Below are positions 19,906-29,951 of a DNA stretch of 64,000 nucleotides, one piece after another. The translations under genes were made by a program, and so were the position numbers. Below the pieces are notes generated by a model, which was not told the origin of the DNA, did not search any database, and saw only the letters and a list, made by a program, of their open reading frames with translations. Numbering within the stretch: the stretch's first letter is position 1; the number at the start of each line of letters is the position of its first letter. The stretch is from Leucobacter sp. (GTDB lineage: Bacteria > Actinomycetota > Actinomycetes > Actinomycetales > Microbacteriaceae): positions 2,452 to 66,451 of the forward strand of contig JBKEBN010000105.1 of NCBI GenBank assembly GCA_047973175.1. Reading direction: 5' to 3'.

Positions 19906-20562
19906 CTACTTCGCCGGGGCCGTGAGCCAGGTGACGACGATGTCGCCGATCATCGAGCGCAGCTGAGCGCGTCGCGCGGGCGTCTGCTGCTCCGGCCCGA
20001 ACAGGTGCCCGAAAGTGTATTGGTTGGCGACCTGGAACACGCAGTACGAACTGATGAGCAGGTGCACGTCGAGCGCGGTGACATCGTCTCGGAACAGGCC
20101 CTGCTCGCGCCCGCGCTGCAGCAGCTGGTCGAGGATGTCGAGCGCCGGTGCGCTGAGGTCTCGCAGGGAGTCGAGCTGCTTGATGAACCGGCCGCGGTGG
20201 ATGTTCTCGATCGCGACGAGGCGCACGAACTCGTCGTGTTCGAGGTGGTGGTCGAAGGTGATCTCGGCGAGGCGACGCAGCGCTTCGACCGGTTCGATGC
20301 CGTCGACCTGCAACTGCTGCTCGGCCTCGCGAATGCCGCGGTAGGCCTGTTCGAGCATGGCGAGGTAGAGGCCCTCTTTGCTGCCGAAGTAGTAGTAGAT
20401 CATTCGCTTCGTCGTGCCGCTGCGGCGGGCGATCTCGTCGACTCCCGTGCCGGAGTAGCCAGTCTCGGCGAACGCGGCCGTGGCCTCGGCGAGCAGCAGG
20501 GCGCGCGTGCGCTCGGCGTCGCGCCGCCGCCCCCCGTTCTCCGTCACACAGCTATCATTCAC
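19906..20562 (-). CDS. TetR-family regulator (RutR/NicS-like); start may be 20547
   Basis: RRRDAERTR, VDEIA, KRMIYYYFGSKEGLY, IENIHRG. Confidence 0.88.
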   Translation of the reverse strand: MNDSCVTENGGRRRDAERTRALLLAEATAAFAETGYSGTGVDEIARRSGTTKRMIYYYFGSKEGLYLAMLEQAYRGIREAEQQLQVDGIEPVEALRRLAEITFDHHLEHDEFVRLVAIENIHRGRFIKQLDSLRDLSAPALDILDQLLQRGREQGLFRDDVTALDVHLLISSYCVFQVANQYTFGHLFGPEQQTPARRAQLRSMIGDIVVTWLTAPAK

Positions 20563-22336
20563 CCCTGATGCGCTGCGCTGCAAGCCGGATCGGCGCGTTC
20601 GCGGCACCGTAGCCGTCGTATCCGCCGCGGCGCTCCACGATCTCGAAGAAGACATCGCCGATCGTGGGGGTGTAGAAGTGGATGAACGAGCCCTCTCCGT
20701 CGCGGTCGTAGAGCAGGTCGAGGCTCTGCAACTGGGCGACGAGTTCTGCGTCGAGACCGAATCGGGCTTCGAGGTCGTCGTAGTAGTTGCGGGGGATGCG
20801 CAGGAACGGGAGGCCGCGTTCGCGCGCGGCCCGTGCCGCGGCGACGGCGTCGTCGACGCGCACGGCGATGTGCCTGGGCGGCAGGGCGGCCGTGGGCGGT
20901 GCGAGGTTCATCGCGAGTCGCGCGGTGCCGTCGGCGGTGCGCATCACCTGGCTGCGCACAAGGCCCTGCGGGCCGGGCAGATCCGAGGTGGGCCCCGCTT
21001 CGAGCGCGAGGGTGCTGGTGTTGAACAGCACGGCCTCGTCGAACTCCTGCCACGGGTGGGCCATGTTGATGTGATCGACGGTGCCCTGCAGCTCGGACGC
21101 AACCTGCGCTCCGCCCTCGAACTCCGGCATCCATGATTCTGCGGCAGGCAGGGAACTCCAGGTGATCTCGGTGCCGTCGGGCGCGATGACGCCCGGCAGC
21201 TCGAAGTCTCCGGCGTAGGTGCGCCTGAACAGCGGTTCGGCCCCGATCGCGACCGCTCGCTGCGCGGCACTCGCGGCATTCTCAACCTCGAATCCGATCC
21301 CGGCGAGGTGCGTTCCCTGCGCCCGGGTCTGCTCGTTCAGGATCACGCGCGCGTCGCCGGCCTGCCACAGTCGCACGTCCTTGCTGTGGTGCCGCCCCCC
21401 GAACGCGAAGCCGAGCTGGCTCAGCGTCTGCTCGACCGACGAGAGATCCTCTCCCGAGATCTCGACGAAGTCGATGCTCCGCGGCAGTTGCGGGGGTGCC
21501 AGCTGCAGTTCGCTCCAGCCGTTCAGCGCCGCGGTGCGGTCGTAGAGCCAGCGCAGCGAGCGGATCGCGTGGGCCGCCGTGCGCCCCGTGTCGGTCTGAC
21601 GAAAGGTGTCGTTGAACACCTCGAGCGAGAGAGGACCGCGGTAGCCGGCGAGGATCACGTGCGAGAGGAACCGGGTGAGGTCGAAGTCGCCCTCGCCCGG
21701 GAAGAGGCGGTGGTGCCGGCTCCACGAGAGCACGTCCATGTCGAGCGCGGGGGCGTCGGCGAGTTGCAGGAAGAAGAGCTTGTCGGGGTCGATCTGCTCG
21801 ATGGCCGCGGGATCGTGGCCGCGAGAGAGCACGTGAAAGCTGTCGAGGCAGGTGCCGAGGTTGGGGCGGTCGGCGAGCTGCACGATGCGCCAGGCCTCGC
21901 GGTAGTCGTCGACGTACCGGCCCCAGGCGAGCGCCTCGTAGGCGATGTCGATGCCGTAGTCGACGGCGAGGTCGGCGAGAGCGCCGAGTTGGGCGGCGGC
22001 GATCTCCGGCTCCGGCCGCGTAGCGGTGGCGACGTTGCTGCAGAGCAGCATCATGCGAGCGCCGAGGCGCTGCATCACCTGGAACTTGGCTCGGGCGCGA
22101 CGCATGTTGTCGGCGAAGGTGTCGTCGTCGACGCCCTCGAAATCGCGGAAGGGCTGGAAGAGCTCGATGGTGAGGCCCAGCCGGTCGCACAGGGCGCGGA
22201 TCTCCTCGGGCGACTCGTGGGCGGCGATGAGATCGGCGTCCATGATCTCGACTCCGTCGAAGCCCGCGGCGGCGCAGGCGTGGAGCTTTTCGGTGAGGCT
22301 TCCGGAGAGGCAGACGGTGGCGATCGAAGTGCGCAT
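20555..22336 (-). CDS. qsuB: 3-dehydroshikimate dehydratase (TIM barrel + HPPD-like fusion, QsuB/QuiC1 type)
   Basis: MRTSIATVCLSG, FQPFRDFEG, YEALAWG, QLADAP, WSRHHRLFPGEG, FFEIVERRGGYDGYGAANA. Confidence 0.88.
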   Translation of the reverse strand: MRTSIATVCLSGSLTEKLHACAAAGFDGVEIMDADLIAAHESPEEIRALCDRLGLTIELFQPFRDFEGVDDDTFADNMRRARAKFQVMQRLGARMMLLCSNVATATRPEPEIAAAQLGALADLAVDYGIDIAYEALAWGRYVDDYREAWRIVQLADRPNLGTCLDSFHVLSRGHDPAAIEQIDPDKLFFLQLADAPALDMDVLSWSRHHRLFPGEGDFDLTRFLSHVILAGYRGPLSLEVFNDTFRQTDTGRTAAHAIRSLRWLYDRTAALNGWSELQLAPPQLPRSIDFVEISGEDLSSVEQTLSQLGFAFGGRHHSKDVRLWQAGDARVILNEQTRAQGTHLAGIGFEVENAASAAQRAVAIGAEPLFRRTYAGDFELPGVIAPDGTEITWSSLPAAESWMPEFEGGAQVASELQGTVDHINMAHPWQEFDEAVLFNTSTLALEAGPTSDLPGPQGLVRSQVMRTADGTARLAMNLAPPTAALPPRHIAVRVDDAVAAARAARERGLPFLRIPRNYYDDLEARFGLDAELVAQLQSLDLLYDRDGEGSFIHFYTPTIGDVFFEIVERRGGYDGYGAANAPIRLAAQRIRGE

Positions 22337-22343
22337 GTCAATA

Positions 22344-22450
22344 ATGTACCAATCGGTTAATAGTTTTGGTAGGAGATATTTCTGTAATCTGCTTGACTCC
22401 GACTTGACACAAACCGTGGGATGCATGAATTATGTACTCATCGGTGAATA
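22344..22450. promoter_or_regulatory. Two candidate TetR operators in the divergent intergenic region
   Basis: ATGTACCAATCGGTTAATA (22344-22362) and ATGTACTCATCGGTGAATA (22432-22450), 16/19 identical, imperfect palindromes. Confidence 0.6.
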
Positions 22451-22493
22451 CACGCGGGCTCAGTGGCAGCCCCGGCTGCGAAGGAGGTGCACG

Positions 22494-23363
22494 ATGGCCG
22501 AAGACGCCTATCTGCTCGGCCTCGTCGGCACGGGCACGACCCCCTCGCTCACTCCCGCACTGCACATCGCCGAGGGGCTCGCCCAGGGGTTCGCCTGCGT
22601 CTACCGGCCCATTGACCTTTCGGTGCTCGACATCGACCCCGAGCGCCTGCCCGAGATTCTCGACTGGGCGGAGCGCCTCGGCTTCGACGCTCTCAATATC
22701 ACCCACCCCTGCAAGCGGCAGGTCATCGCGTATCTCGACCGGGTGGATCCGGTCGCCGAGGCGCTCGGCTCGGTGAACACCGTGCGGTTCACCGCCGAGG
22801 GCCGTATCGGCTACAACACCGACACCACCGGCTTCGAGCGGGCCTTCCGCAACGGGCTGGCCGGTGCGCCGACCGAGCGCGTAGTGCAGCTCGCGGCAGG
22901 CGGGGCGGGTGCTGCGGTGGCCGATGCCCTGCTGCGCATCGGTGCCCGGCAGCTCACCGTCGTCGATATCGAGTTCGAGCGGGCTCGCGAGCTCGCGGAG
23001 CAGCTCGCGAGTCGGCACGACGCGCAGGTGAGAGCCGCGGCTGCGGCTGAACTGCCCGGACTGCTCGCCGAGGCCGACGGTCTCGTGCACTGCTCCCCGG
23101 TCGGCATGCGTCATCACCCCGGCATTCCGCTCGACGCCGAGCTGCTGCATTCTCGGCTGTGGGTCGCAGACATCGTCTACCGTCCGCTCGAGACGGAGCT
23201 GCTGCGCGCGGCGAAGGCGATGGGCTGTCGCACGCTGCACGGGGGGGCGATGGCCGTTGGCCAGGCCATCGACACCTTCCGCATCGTCACGGGCCGCGAT
23301 CCCGACCCCGAACGAATGGATCGACACTTCCAGAGCCTCATCACAGATGAAGAGGCTCGCTAG
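22494..23363 (+). CDS. aroE: Shikimate/quinate 5-dehydrogenase (QsuD-like)
   Basis: SLTPALH, NITHPCK, SVNTV, GYNTD, AGGAG, DIVYRPLETELL; RBS AAGGAGG. Confidence 0.9.
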   Translation: MAEDAYLLGLVGTGTTPSLTPALHIAEGLAQGFACVYRPIDLSVLDIDPERLPEILDWAERLGFDALNITHPCKRQVIAYLDRVDPVAEALGSVNTVRFTAEGRIGYNTDTTGFERAFRNGLAGAPTERVVQLAAGGAGAAVADALLRIGARQLTVVDIEFERARELAEQLASRHDAQVRAAAAAELPGLLAEADGLVHCSPVGMRHHPGIPLDAELLHSRLWVADIVYRPLETELLRAAKAMGCRTLHGGAMAVGQAIDTFRIVTGRDPDPERMDRHFQSLITDEEAR

Positions 23364-23381
23364 CAAATGAAAGAGAGAACA

Positions 23382-24707
23382 ATGTCCGACAACGAAGCCG
23401 GGCGCAAAACCCCGGTGAAAGCTGCACTCGCCAGCTTCATGGGCAGTGCCGTCGAATACTACGACTTCTTCATCTTCGGTACAGCCTCGGCGCTGATCTT
23501 TCCGCACATCTTCTTTCCGGACGGCGACAACGCGGCCCTCGTGATGTCGCTCGCGACGTTCGGCTTCGCGTACATCGCGCGTCCGATCGGCGCGGTGATT
23601 CTGGGGCACCTGGGCGATCGGATCGGTCGCCAGAAGATTCTGATGTTCACGCTCGTGCTCATGGGCATCGCGACGTTCATCATCGGCTGCCTGCCGACCT
23701 TCGCGCAGATCGGCTGGTTCGCCCCGATCCTGCTCGTGCTGTGCCGCCTCATGCAGGGCCTGTCGGCTGCGGGCGAGCAGGCGGGCGCGTCGTCGATGAC
23801 GCTCGAACACGCACCGGACAACCGGCGCGCGTTCTTCACCTCCTGGACCCTGTCGGGCACCCAGGGCGGCCAGATCCTCGCCGCGATGATCTTCCTCCCG
23901 GTGACGCTGCTCTCCGATGACAACCCCTTCAAGTACGAGTGGGCTTGGCGCATCCCGTTCTGGCTGAGCGCCGTGGTGGTGCTCGTCACCTTCTACATTC
24001 GCCGCACGCTGCACGAGCCGCCGTCGTTCGAAGAGGCGAAGGAGTCGGGCGACATCGCGAAGGTGCCGCTGTTCGACCTGCTGCGCAACAACTGGCGCGA
24101 CGTGCTGCGCGTGATCCTGTGCGCGTTCATCGCGGCCGTTTCGACCGTCTTCGGCAACCTCGCCCTCGCCTACGGCAAGGAGGTGGGCCTCGCCGAGAGC
24201 CTGACGCTGTGGCTGGTGGTGGTCGCGAACCTCTTCGCGCTCGGCACGCAACCGCTGTTCGCGACGCTCGCCGACAAGATCGGCCGCAAACCGGTGTTCA
24301 TCTACGGCGCGATCTCATCGGCAGTGCTGATGCCGTTCTACATGCTGTCGATGAGCGGCAGCAACATCTTCCTCATCTTCCTGCTCGCGGTGCTCACGTT
24401 CTCGTGCGGCTACGCGGCTGCGAACGCGGTGTGGCCGTCGTTCTACGGCGAGATGTTCCCCGCCAAGGTGCGCTTCTCCGGTCTCGCGATCGGCACGCAG
24501 ATCGGCTTCCTGCTCGCAGGCTTCGCGCCGTCGATCGTGGCGGGCCTGGGCGGCGTGCAAGAGGGCGGCTGGGTCGTCATCTCGATCTTCACCGGCGTGG
24601 TCTGCCTCATCGTGGTCATTGCCGCGCTCACCGCGCGTGAGACGAAGAGCGTGCCCACCGACACCCTCGGGCTCAAGGTGATTCCGACGGATCCGGCCGT
24701 GGCGTAG
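23382..24707 (+). CDS. MFS metabolite:H+ symporter (ShiA-like)
   Basis: EYYDFFIFG, ARPIGAVILGHLGDRIGR, WAWRIPFW; multiple TM segments. Confidence 0.88.
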   Translation: MSDNEAGRKTPVKAALASFMGSAVEYYDFFIFGTASALIFPHIFFPDGDNAALVMSLATFGFAYIARPIGAVILGHLGDRIGRQKILMFTLVLMGIATFIIGCLPTFAQIGWFAPILLVLCRLMQGLSAAGEQAGASSMTLEHAPDNRRAFFTSWTLSGTQGGQILAAMIFLPVTLLSDDNPFKYEWAWRIPFWLSAVVVLVTFYIRRTLHEPPSFEEAKESGDIAKVPLFDLLRNNWRDVLRVILCAFIAAVSTVFGNLALAYGKEVGLAESLTLWLVVVANLFALGTQPLFATLADKIGRKPVFIYGAISSAVLMPFYMLSMSGSNIFLIFLLAVLTFSCGYAAANAVWPSFYGEMFPAKVRFSGLAIGTQIGFLLAGFAPSIVAGLGGVQEGGWVVISIFTGVVCLIVVIAALTARETKSVPTDTLGLKVIPTDPAVA

Positions 24708-24721
24708 TATCGCGACACACC

Positions 24722-24774
24722 CGAGTTCGGGCGGTGCGGCCCCGCTACGGCGGCTGCACCGCCCGAACTCGTTT
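24722..24774 (+). terminator. Intrinsic terminator after the MFS gene
   Basis: 20-bp stem CGAGTTCGGGCGGTGCGGCC / GGCTGCACCGCCCGAACTCG then TTT. Confidence 0.65.
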
Positions 24775-24914
24775 GCAGCGGACCCTACAGAGCGACGGCC
24801 GTTACTTGGTGGAAACTCCCACGATACGTTCCTACCGCTTCCGGGCTACTATTGGCAGGTGGAGGGCCGAAGACGGCCCTCGTTTTCGCGTGCAAGACGG
24901 GATGAATCGACCTC

Positions 24915-27900
24915 ATGAACGGCACTGGCGCAAACGGCGCTGACGCATTCGCTATACTCCACGACGCCCTCGAGGGAGTCGATCCTGCGCTCAAGCCGGG
25001 CCTCGAACGGCTGATCAGGCAGGTCGACGTCGAAGAACTCGCCGCTCGCGAACCGCGGGACGTGGTGGGCGCGGTCTCTTCGATGCGCGCCCTCGCGGCG
25101 CGCCGCGATCCCGGGGAGACGCTCGTGGAGGTGTTCACGCCGACGCTGCGCGAGCACGGATGGACCTCGCGTCGCACCATCATCGACATCTGCACCGCGG
25201 ATTCGCCCTTCCTGGTCGATTCGGTGTCTGCCGCCGTGGCGAGGCAGGGGCTCAACCTGCACCTGCTCATCCACCCGGTGGTCTCGGTGCGCCGCGACCA
25301 GACGGGCGAGCTGCTCGAGATCGACGCCCGCGGGGGAGACCTGGAGTCGTGGATCCACCTCGAAGTGGATCGCGTGCCCACCGAGGAGGGGCGCGTCGAA
25401 CTCGCGGAGTACCTGCGCAAGGTGCTGCACGACGTGCACGCGGCCGTGAACGACTGGCCGCAGATGCGCCGCGCCTGCCTCGACATCGTCACCGACCTGC
25501 GCACGGAGCCGCCGCAGAGCGTCGATCCCGCGACGATCCAGCCCACCGTCGACTTTCTCAACTGGCTCGCCGAAGACAACTTCACGTTCCTCGGCTACCG
25601 CGAGCACGTGCTCGAGACCGACGAGAACGGCGAGGAGATCCTGCGCGCGCTGCCGCACACGGGCCTCGGCATTCTGCGCAACTCGAAGGCGGCCATCGCG
25701 CACCTCACCCCCGAGGCTCAGCGCACGGCGCGAGATCCGCGCCTGCTCACCATCACCAAGGCCAACTCGCGCGCTACGGTGCACCGCGACGTCTACCTCG
25801 ACTACATCGGCGTGCGCACCTTCGACGAGCAGGGCAACGTCACCGGTGAGCGCCGCTTCCTCGGCATGTTCACCTCGGCGGCCTACGCGACCTCGGTGAT
25901 GATGCTGCCCATCGTCGCCTCCAAGGTGCGCGCGGTGCTCGAGGCCTCCGGGCACGCCCCCAACTCGCACACCGGCAAAGACCTCCAGCAGGTGCTCGAA
26001 CAGTACCCGCGCGATGAGCTGCTCCAAGACACCCCCGAGCACCTGCTCGAGGTCGCGAGCGAGGTGAGCCGCCTGCGCGAGCGTCGCCGTGCCCGCATCT
26101 TCCTGCGCCGCGACGAGTTCGGCCGCTTCGCCTCGGCACTCGTCTACCTGCCGCGCGACCGCTACAACACCACCGTTCGCCTGCGCATCGAGGGGCTGCT
26201 GCGCTCGGTCTTCGGTGCCGACCAGGTCGACCACACCACGCGGGTGGGCGACTCGCCGCTGGCCCAGCTGCACTTCGTCGTGCGCGTGCCGAAGGGCAGC
26301 CCGCTGCCCGAGGTGAACGAGGCCGAACTGCAGCCGCTGCTCGACGACGCGATTCGCGGCTGGGAAGAGGGCTTCGTCAACGCGCTGCACCAGGCCTACG
26401 ACGAGGAGGAGGCCGCGAAGCTGCTGAGCCGCTACAGCAGCGCGTTCCCCGAGTCGTACAAGGAGTACGTGCCGCCGCAGAATGCGATCGGCGACGTTGT
26501 GCTGCTCGAAGAAATGGAGCGCGGTGCCGAGTTCACGGTGCACCTCTACGATCCCGAGGAGATGGAGCCCGAGAAGCGCATTCTCACGGTCGTCTCCAAC
26601 CGGCAGTACCCGCTCACCCAGATCCTGCCCATCCTCACCGACCTGGGCGTCGACGTCGTCGACGAGCGGCCCAACGTCATCACCCTGCCCGGCGGGGTCA
26701 CGCGCTACATCTCCGACTTCGGCCTGGTGGTGAACGACGCGGCGCTCTGGGGCGACGAGGCATGGGGGGTCGAGTTCAAGAACGCCTTCTCTGCGGCCTG
26801 GACGGGTGCCGCCGAGAGCGACCGCCTCAACTCGCTCGTGCTGCTCGGCGGTCTGGAGTGGCGCAGGATCGTGATCCTGCGCGCCATCGCCATGTACCTG
26901 CGTCAGATCGGCTCCGCGTTCTCCGTCGAGTACATCGAGCGGGCGCTCACCGCGAATCCCGGAATCGCCGCCGACCTGGTGCGACTGTTCGAGCTGCGCT
27001 TCGATCCCGAATTCACGGGAGACCGCGAGTTCGAGGTGGCGGAGCTCACGGAGTCGCTGCTCACGGCCCTCGACGGGGTGTCGAGCCTGGATGAGGATCG
27101 CATTCTGCGGTCGTTCATCGGCGTCATCGACGCGACCTGGCGCACCAACTTCTATCAGCACGACGCCGAGGGCAACCCGAAGCCGTGGGTGTCGATGAAG
27201 CTCGACTGCGCTCGCGTGCCCGGCCTGCCGAAGCCGCACCCCATGGCCGAGATCTGGGTGTACTCGCCCGAGGTCGAGGGTGTGCACCTGCGCTTCGGCA
27301 AGGTGGCGCGCGGCGGCCTGCGGTGGAGCGATCGCCGCGAAGACTTCCGCACCGAGGTGCTCGGTCTCGTCAAGGCGCAGATGGTGAAGAACGCGGTGAT
27401 CGTGCCGACCGGCTCGAAGGGCGGCTTCGTGGCGAAGCGCCTGCCGTCGCCGAGCGACCGCGGTGCCTGGCTCGAGGGCGGCAAAGCCGCCTACCGCACC
27501 TTCATTCGCGGCCTGCTCGACATCACCGACAACCGCGACGGCAACGTGATCCTGCCCCCCGCAGACGTGGTGCGCCGCGACGGCGACGACCCCTACCTCG
27601 TGGTCGCGGCCGACAAGGGCACGGCATCCTTCTCCGACATCGCCAACGGCATCTCCGAGGAGTACGGCTTCTGGCTGGCCGACGCCTTCGCCTCGGGCGG
27701 CTCAGCCGGTTACGACCACAAGGGCATGGGCATCACCGCTCGCGGCGCGTGGGAGTCGGTGAAGCGGCACTTCCGCGAGATGGGGCACAACACCCAGACT
27801 CAGGACTTCACCGTGATCGGCATCGGAGACATGTCGGGCGACGTGTTCGGCAACGGCATGCTGCTCTCGGAGCACATCAGACTCGTCGCGGCGTTCGACC

Positions 27901-29708
27901 ACCGCCACGTGTTCGTCGATCCAACGCCCGACGCGGCGACCTCCTTCTTCGAGCGCAGGCGACTCTTCGAACTGCCCGGTTCGTCGTGGAACGACTTCGA
28001 CCGCTCGCTCATCTCCGAGGGCGGCGGCGTGTTCCCGCTCACGGCGAAGTCGATCAGCGTGAGCCCGCAGATGGCGCAGGCGCTGGGCCTCGACCCAGGG
28101 GTGAAGAAGCTCACACCGCTCGAACTCAAGAAGGCGGTGCTGCTGGCCCCCGTCGACCTGATGTGGAACGGCGCGATCGGCACCTACATCAAGGCGAGTG
28201 ACGAGACCGACGCCGAGATCGGCGACCGCGGCAACGACGCGATTCGCGTCAACGGCAAGGATCTGCGCCTGCGCGTCGTCGGCGAGGGCGGCAACCTCGG
28301 CGTCAGCCAGCGCGGGCGCATCGAGGCCGCGCTCTCCGGCGTGCGCATCAACACCGACGCGATCGACAACTCCGCGGGAGTCGGCACCTCCGACCGCGAG
28401 GTGAACATCAAGATCCTGCTCGGCGCACTCGAGCGCGACGGACGATTCGACCGCGAGGGGCGCAACGAGCTGCTGCGCTCGATGACCGAAGAGGTCGCCG
28501 TGCAGGTGCTGCGCGACAACTACGAGCAGAACGTGCTGCTCGGCAACTCGCGCGCCAACGCACTCGAGATGCTGCCCTCGCACGAGCGGCTGATGGAGTG
28601 GCTGGAGGAGCGGGACGAGCTCGATCGCGCGCTCGAGTTCCTGCCGAGCCCGACCGAGATCCAGCATCGCATCGACCAGCGTCGCGGTCTGACCCGCCCC
28701 GAGTTCGCGGTGCTAGTCGCGTACGCGAAGCTGGCGTTGAAGGCCGACCTCGCGGTGACCGACCTCGCCGACGATCCCTGGTTCGCGCGCACGCTCGCAG
28801 ACTACTTCCCCGAGCCGATCCGCGAGCACTACGCTGGTGACCTCGCCGAGCACCCGCTGCGCGCCGAGATCGTCGTCAACTCCGTCGTCAACTCGATGGT
28901 CAACCGGGGCGGCATCACCTTCGCCTACCGCGCGACCGACGAAACGGGTGCCTCGAGCGAGCAGATCGCGCGGGCCTACGTCGCGGTGCGCGAGATCTTC
29001 GACCTCGCCGGGTTCGTGATCGAGGTCGAAGCGACCGACAACATCGTGTCGACCGATGTGCAGACCGATCTGTATCTGACCTTCCGCCGCCTGCTCGACC
29101 GCGCGACGCGCTGGTTCGTGCAGCACCGACCCGACGGCGTCGACATCGGCGTCGAGATCGAGCGCTTCAGCGACTCGGTGCAGCGTCACGCCGGTCGCAT
29201 GGGGGAGCTGCTGCACGAGGAGGAGCTGGAGCGCTTCGAGACCGACGTGCGGGCGTTCGAGGAGGCCGGGGTGCCGGCCGAACTCGCCCTGCGCGGGGCG
29301 GGCCTGCTGGAGTCGATGTCGCTGCTCGACATCATCGAGCGCTGCCGTCTGCGCGACTGGAACCTCGACGAGGTCACCGAGGTCTACTACGCTCTGACGG
29401 CCCGCGTGCACTTCGACGACCTGCTCATCCGCGTGTCGGCGCTGCCGCAGGACGACCGCTGGGGCGCGACGGCTCGCGCCGCGATGCGCGACGACCTCTA
29501 CGCCGTGATGATCGAACTCGCGGCGTCGGTCATCGAGCAGACCTCCGCCGGCGATCCTGACGAGCGGATCGCGAACTGGATCGAGCAGGGCGGCCCCTCC
29601 GCGCGCCGCGCGCTCGACGAATCGCTCGCGGCGGTGCGCGCGGGCGACCACACCGGGCTCGCGACGCTCTCGGTCGCGCTGCGCCGCCTGCGCTCGCTGG
29701 TGAGGTAG
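24915..29708 (+). CDS. gdhB: Large NAD-specific glutamate dehydrogenase
   Basis: 1597 aa; VEGVHLRFGKVARGGLRWSDRREDFRTEVLGLVKAQMVKN, VAADKGTA, GYDHKGMGITARGAW, GDMSGDVFGNG. Confidence 0.97.
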   Translation: MNGTGANGADAFAILHDALEGVDPALKPGLERLIRQVDVEELAAREPRDVVGAVSSMRALAARRDPGETLVEVFTPTLREHGWTSRRTIIDICTADSPFLVDSVSAAVARQGLNLHLLIHPVVSVRRDQTGELLEIDARGGDLESWIHLEVDRVPTEEGRVELAEYLRKVLHDVHAAVNDWPQMRRACLDIVTDLRTEPPQSVDPATIQPTVDFLNWLAEDNFTFLGYREHVLETDENGEEILRALPHTGLGILRNSKAAIAHLTPEAQRTARDPRLLTITKANSRATVHRDVYLDYIGVRTFDEQGNVTGERRFLGMFTSAAYATSVMMLPIVASKVRAVLEASGHAPNSHTGKDLQQVLEQYPRDELLQDTPEHLLEVASEVSRLRERRRARIFLRRDEFGRFASALVYLPRDRYNTTVRLRIEGLLRSVFGADQVDHTTRVGDSPLAQLHFVVRVPKGSPLPEVNEAELQPLLDDAIRGWEEGFVNALHQAYDEEEAAKLLSRYSSAFPESYKEYVPPQNAIGDVVLLEEMERGAEFTVHLYDPEEMEPEKRILTVVSNRQYPLTQILPILTDLGVDVVDERPNVITLPGGVTRYISDFGLVVNDAALWGDEAWGVEFKNAFSAAWTGAAESDRLNSLVLLGGLEWRRIVILRAIAMYLRQIGSAFSVEYIERALTANPGIAADLVRLFELRFDPEFTGDREFEVAELTESLLTALDGVSSLDEDRILRSFIGVIDATWRTNFYQHDAEGNPKPWVSMKLDCARVPGLPKPHPMAEIWVYSPEVEGVHLRFGKVARGGLRWSDRREDFRTEVLGLVKAQMVKNAVIVPTGSKGGFVAKRLPSPSDRGAWLEGGKAAYRTFIRGLLDITDNRDGNVILPPADVVRRDGDDPYLVVAADKGTASFSDIANGISEEYGFWLADAFASGGSAGYDHKGMGITARGAWESVKRHFREMGHNTQTQDFTVIGIGDMSGDVFGNGMLLSEHIRLVAAFDHRHVFVDPTPDAATSFFERRRLFELPGSSWNDFDRSLISEGGGVFPLTAKSISVSPQMAQALGLDPGVKKLTPLELKKAVLLAPVDLMWNGAIGTYIKASDETDAEIGDRGNDAIRVNGKDLRLRVVGEGGNLGVSQRGRIEAALSGVRINTDAIDNSAGVGTSDREVNIKILLGALERDGRFDREGRNELLRSMTEEVAVQVLRDNYEQNVLLGNSRANALEMLPSHERLMEWLEERDELDRALEFLPSPTEIQHRIDQRRGLTRPEFAVLVAYAKLALKADLAVTDLADDPWFARTLADYFPEPIREHYAGDLAEHPLRAEIVVNSVVNSMVNRGGITFAYRATDETGASSEQIARAYVAVREIFDLAGFVIEVEATDNIVSTDVQTDLYLTFRRLLDRATRWFVQHRPDGVDIGVEIERFSDSVQRHAGRMGELLHEEELERFETDVRAFEEAGVPAELALRGAGLLESMSLLDIIERCRLRDWNLDEVTEVYYALTARVHFDDLLIRVSALPQDDRWGATARAAMRDDLYAVMIELAASVIEQTSAGDPDERIANWIEQGGPSARRALDESLAAVRAGDHTGLATLSVALRRLRSLVR

Positions 29709-29768
29709 CGCGGGAGCGCCGTCGCGACTGAGTTCGTGCTCGCGCGCCGCGCTGCGGTGAACTGCGAC

Positions 29769-29801
29769 AAGACCCCGGGATCTCCTCGATCCCGGGGTCT
29801 T
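29769..29801 (+). terminator. Terminator after gdh
   Basis: Perfect 14-bp stem AAGACCCCGGGATC / GATCCCGGGGTCTT. Confidence 0.7.
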
Positions 29802-29951
29802 CGGCTTGCTGCGGGTGCCCCTCAGCGGGCGACTTCGGCGAGCCGATCGGCACCCGATGAGAAGTTCTTCGCCGATCGGGCGCGAACGGGGGTAGTCTAG
29901 TGGGGGTACCGGCAATCGGGGCCGGTCGCAGAGGCTGACGCGAGGACGAGG

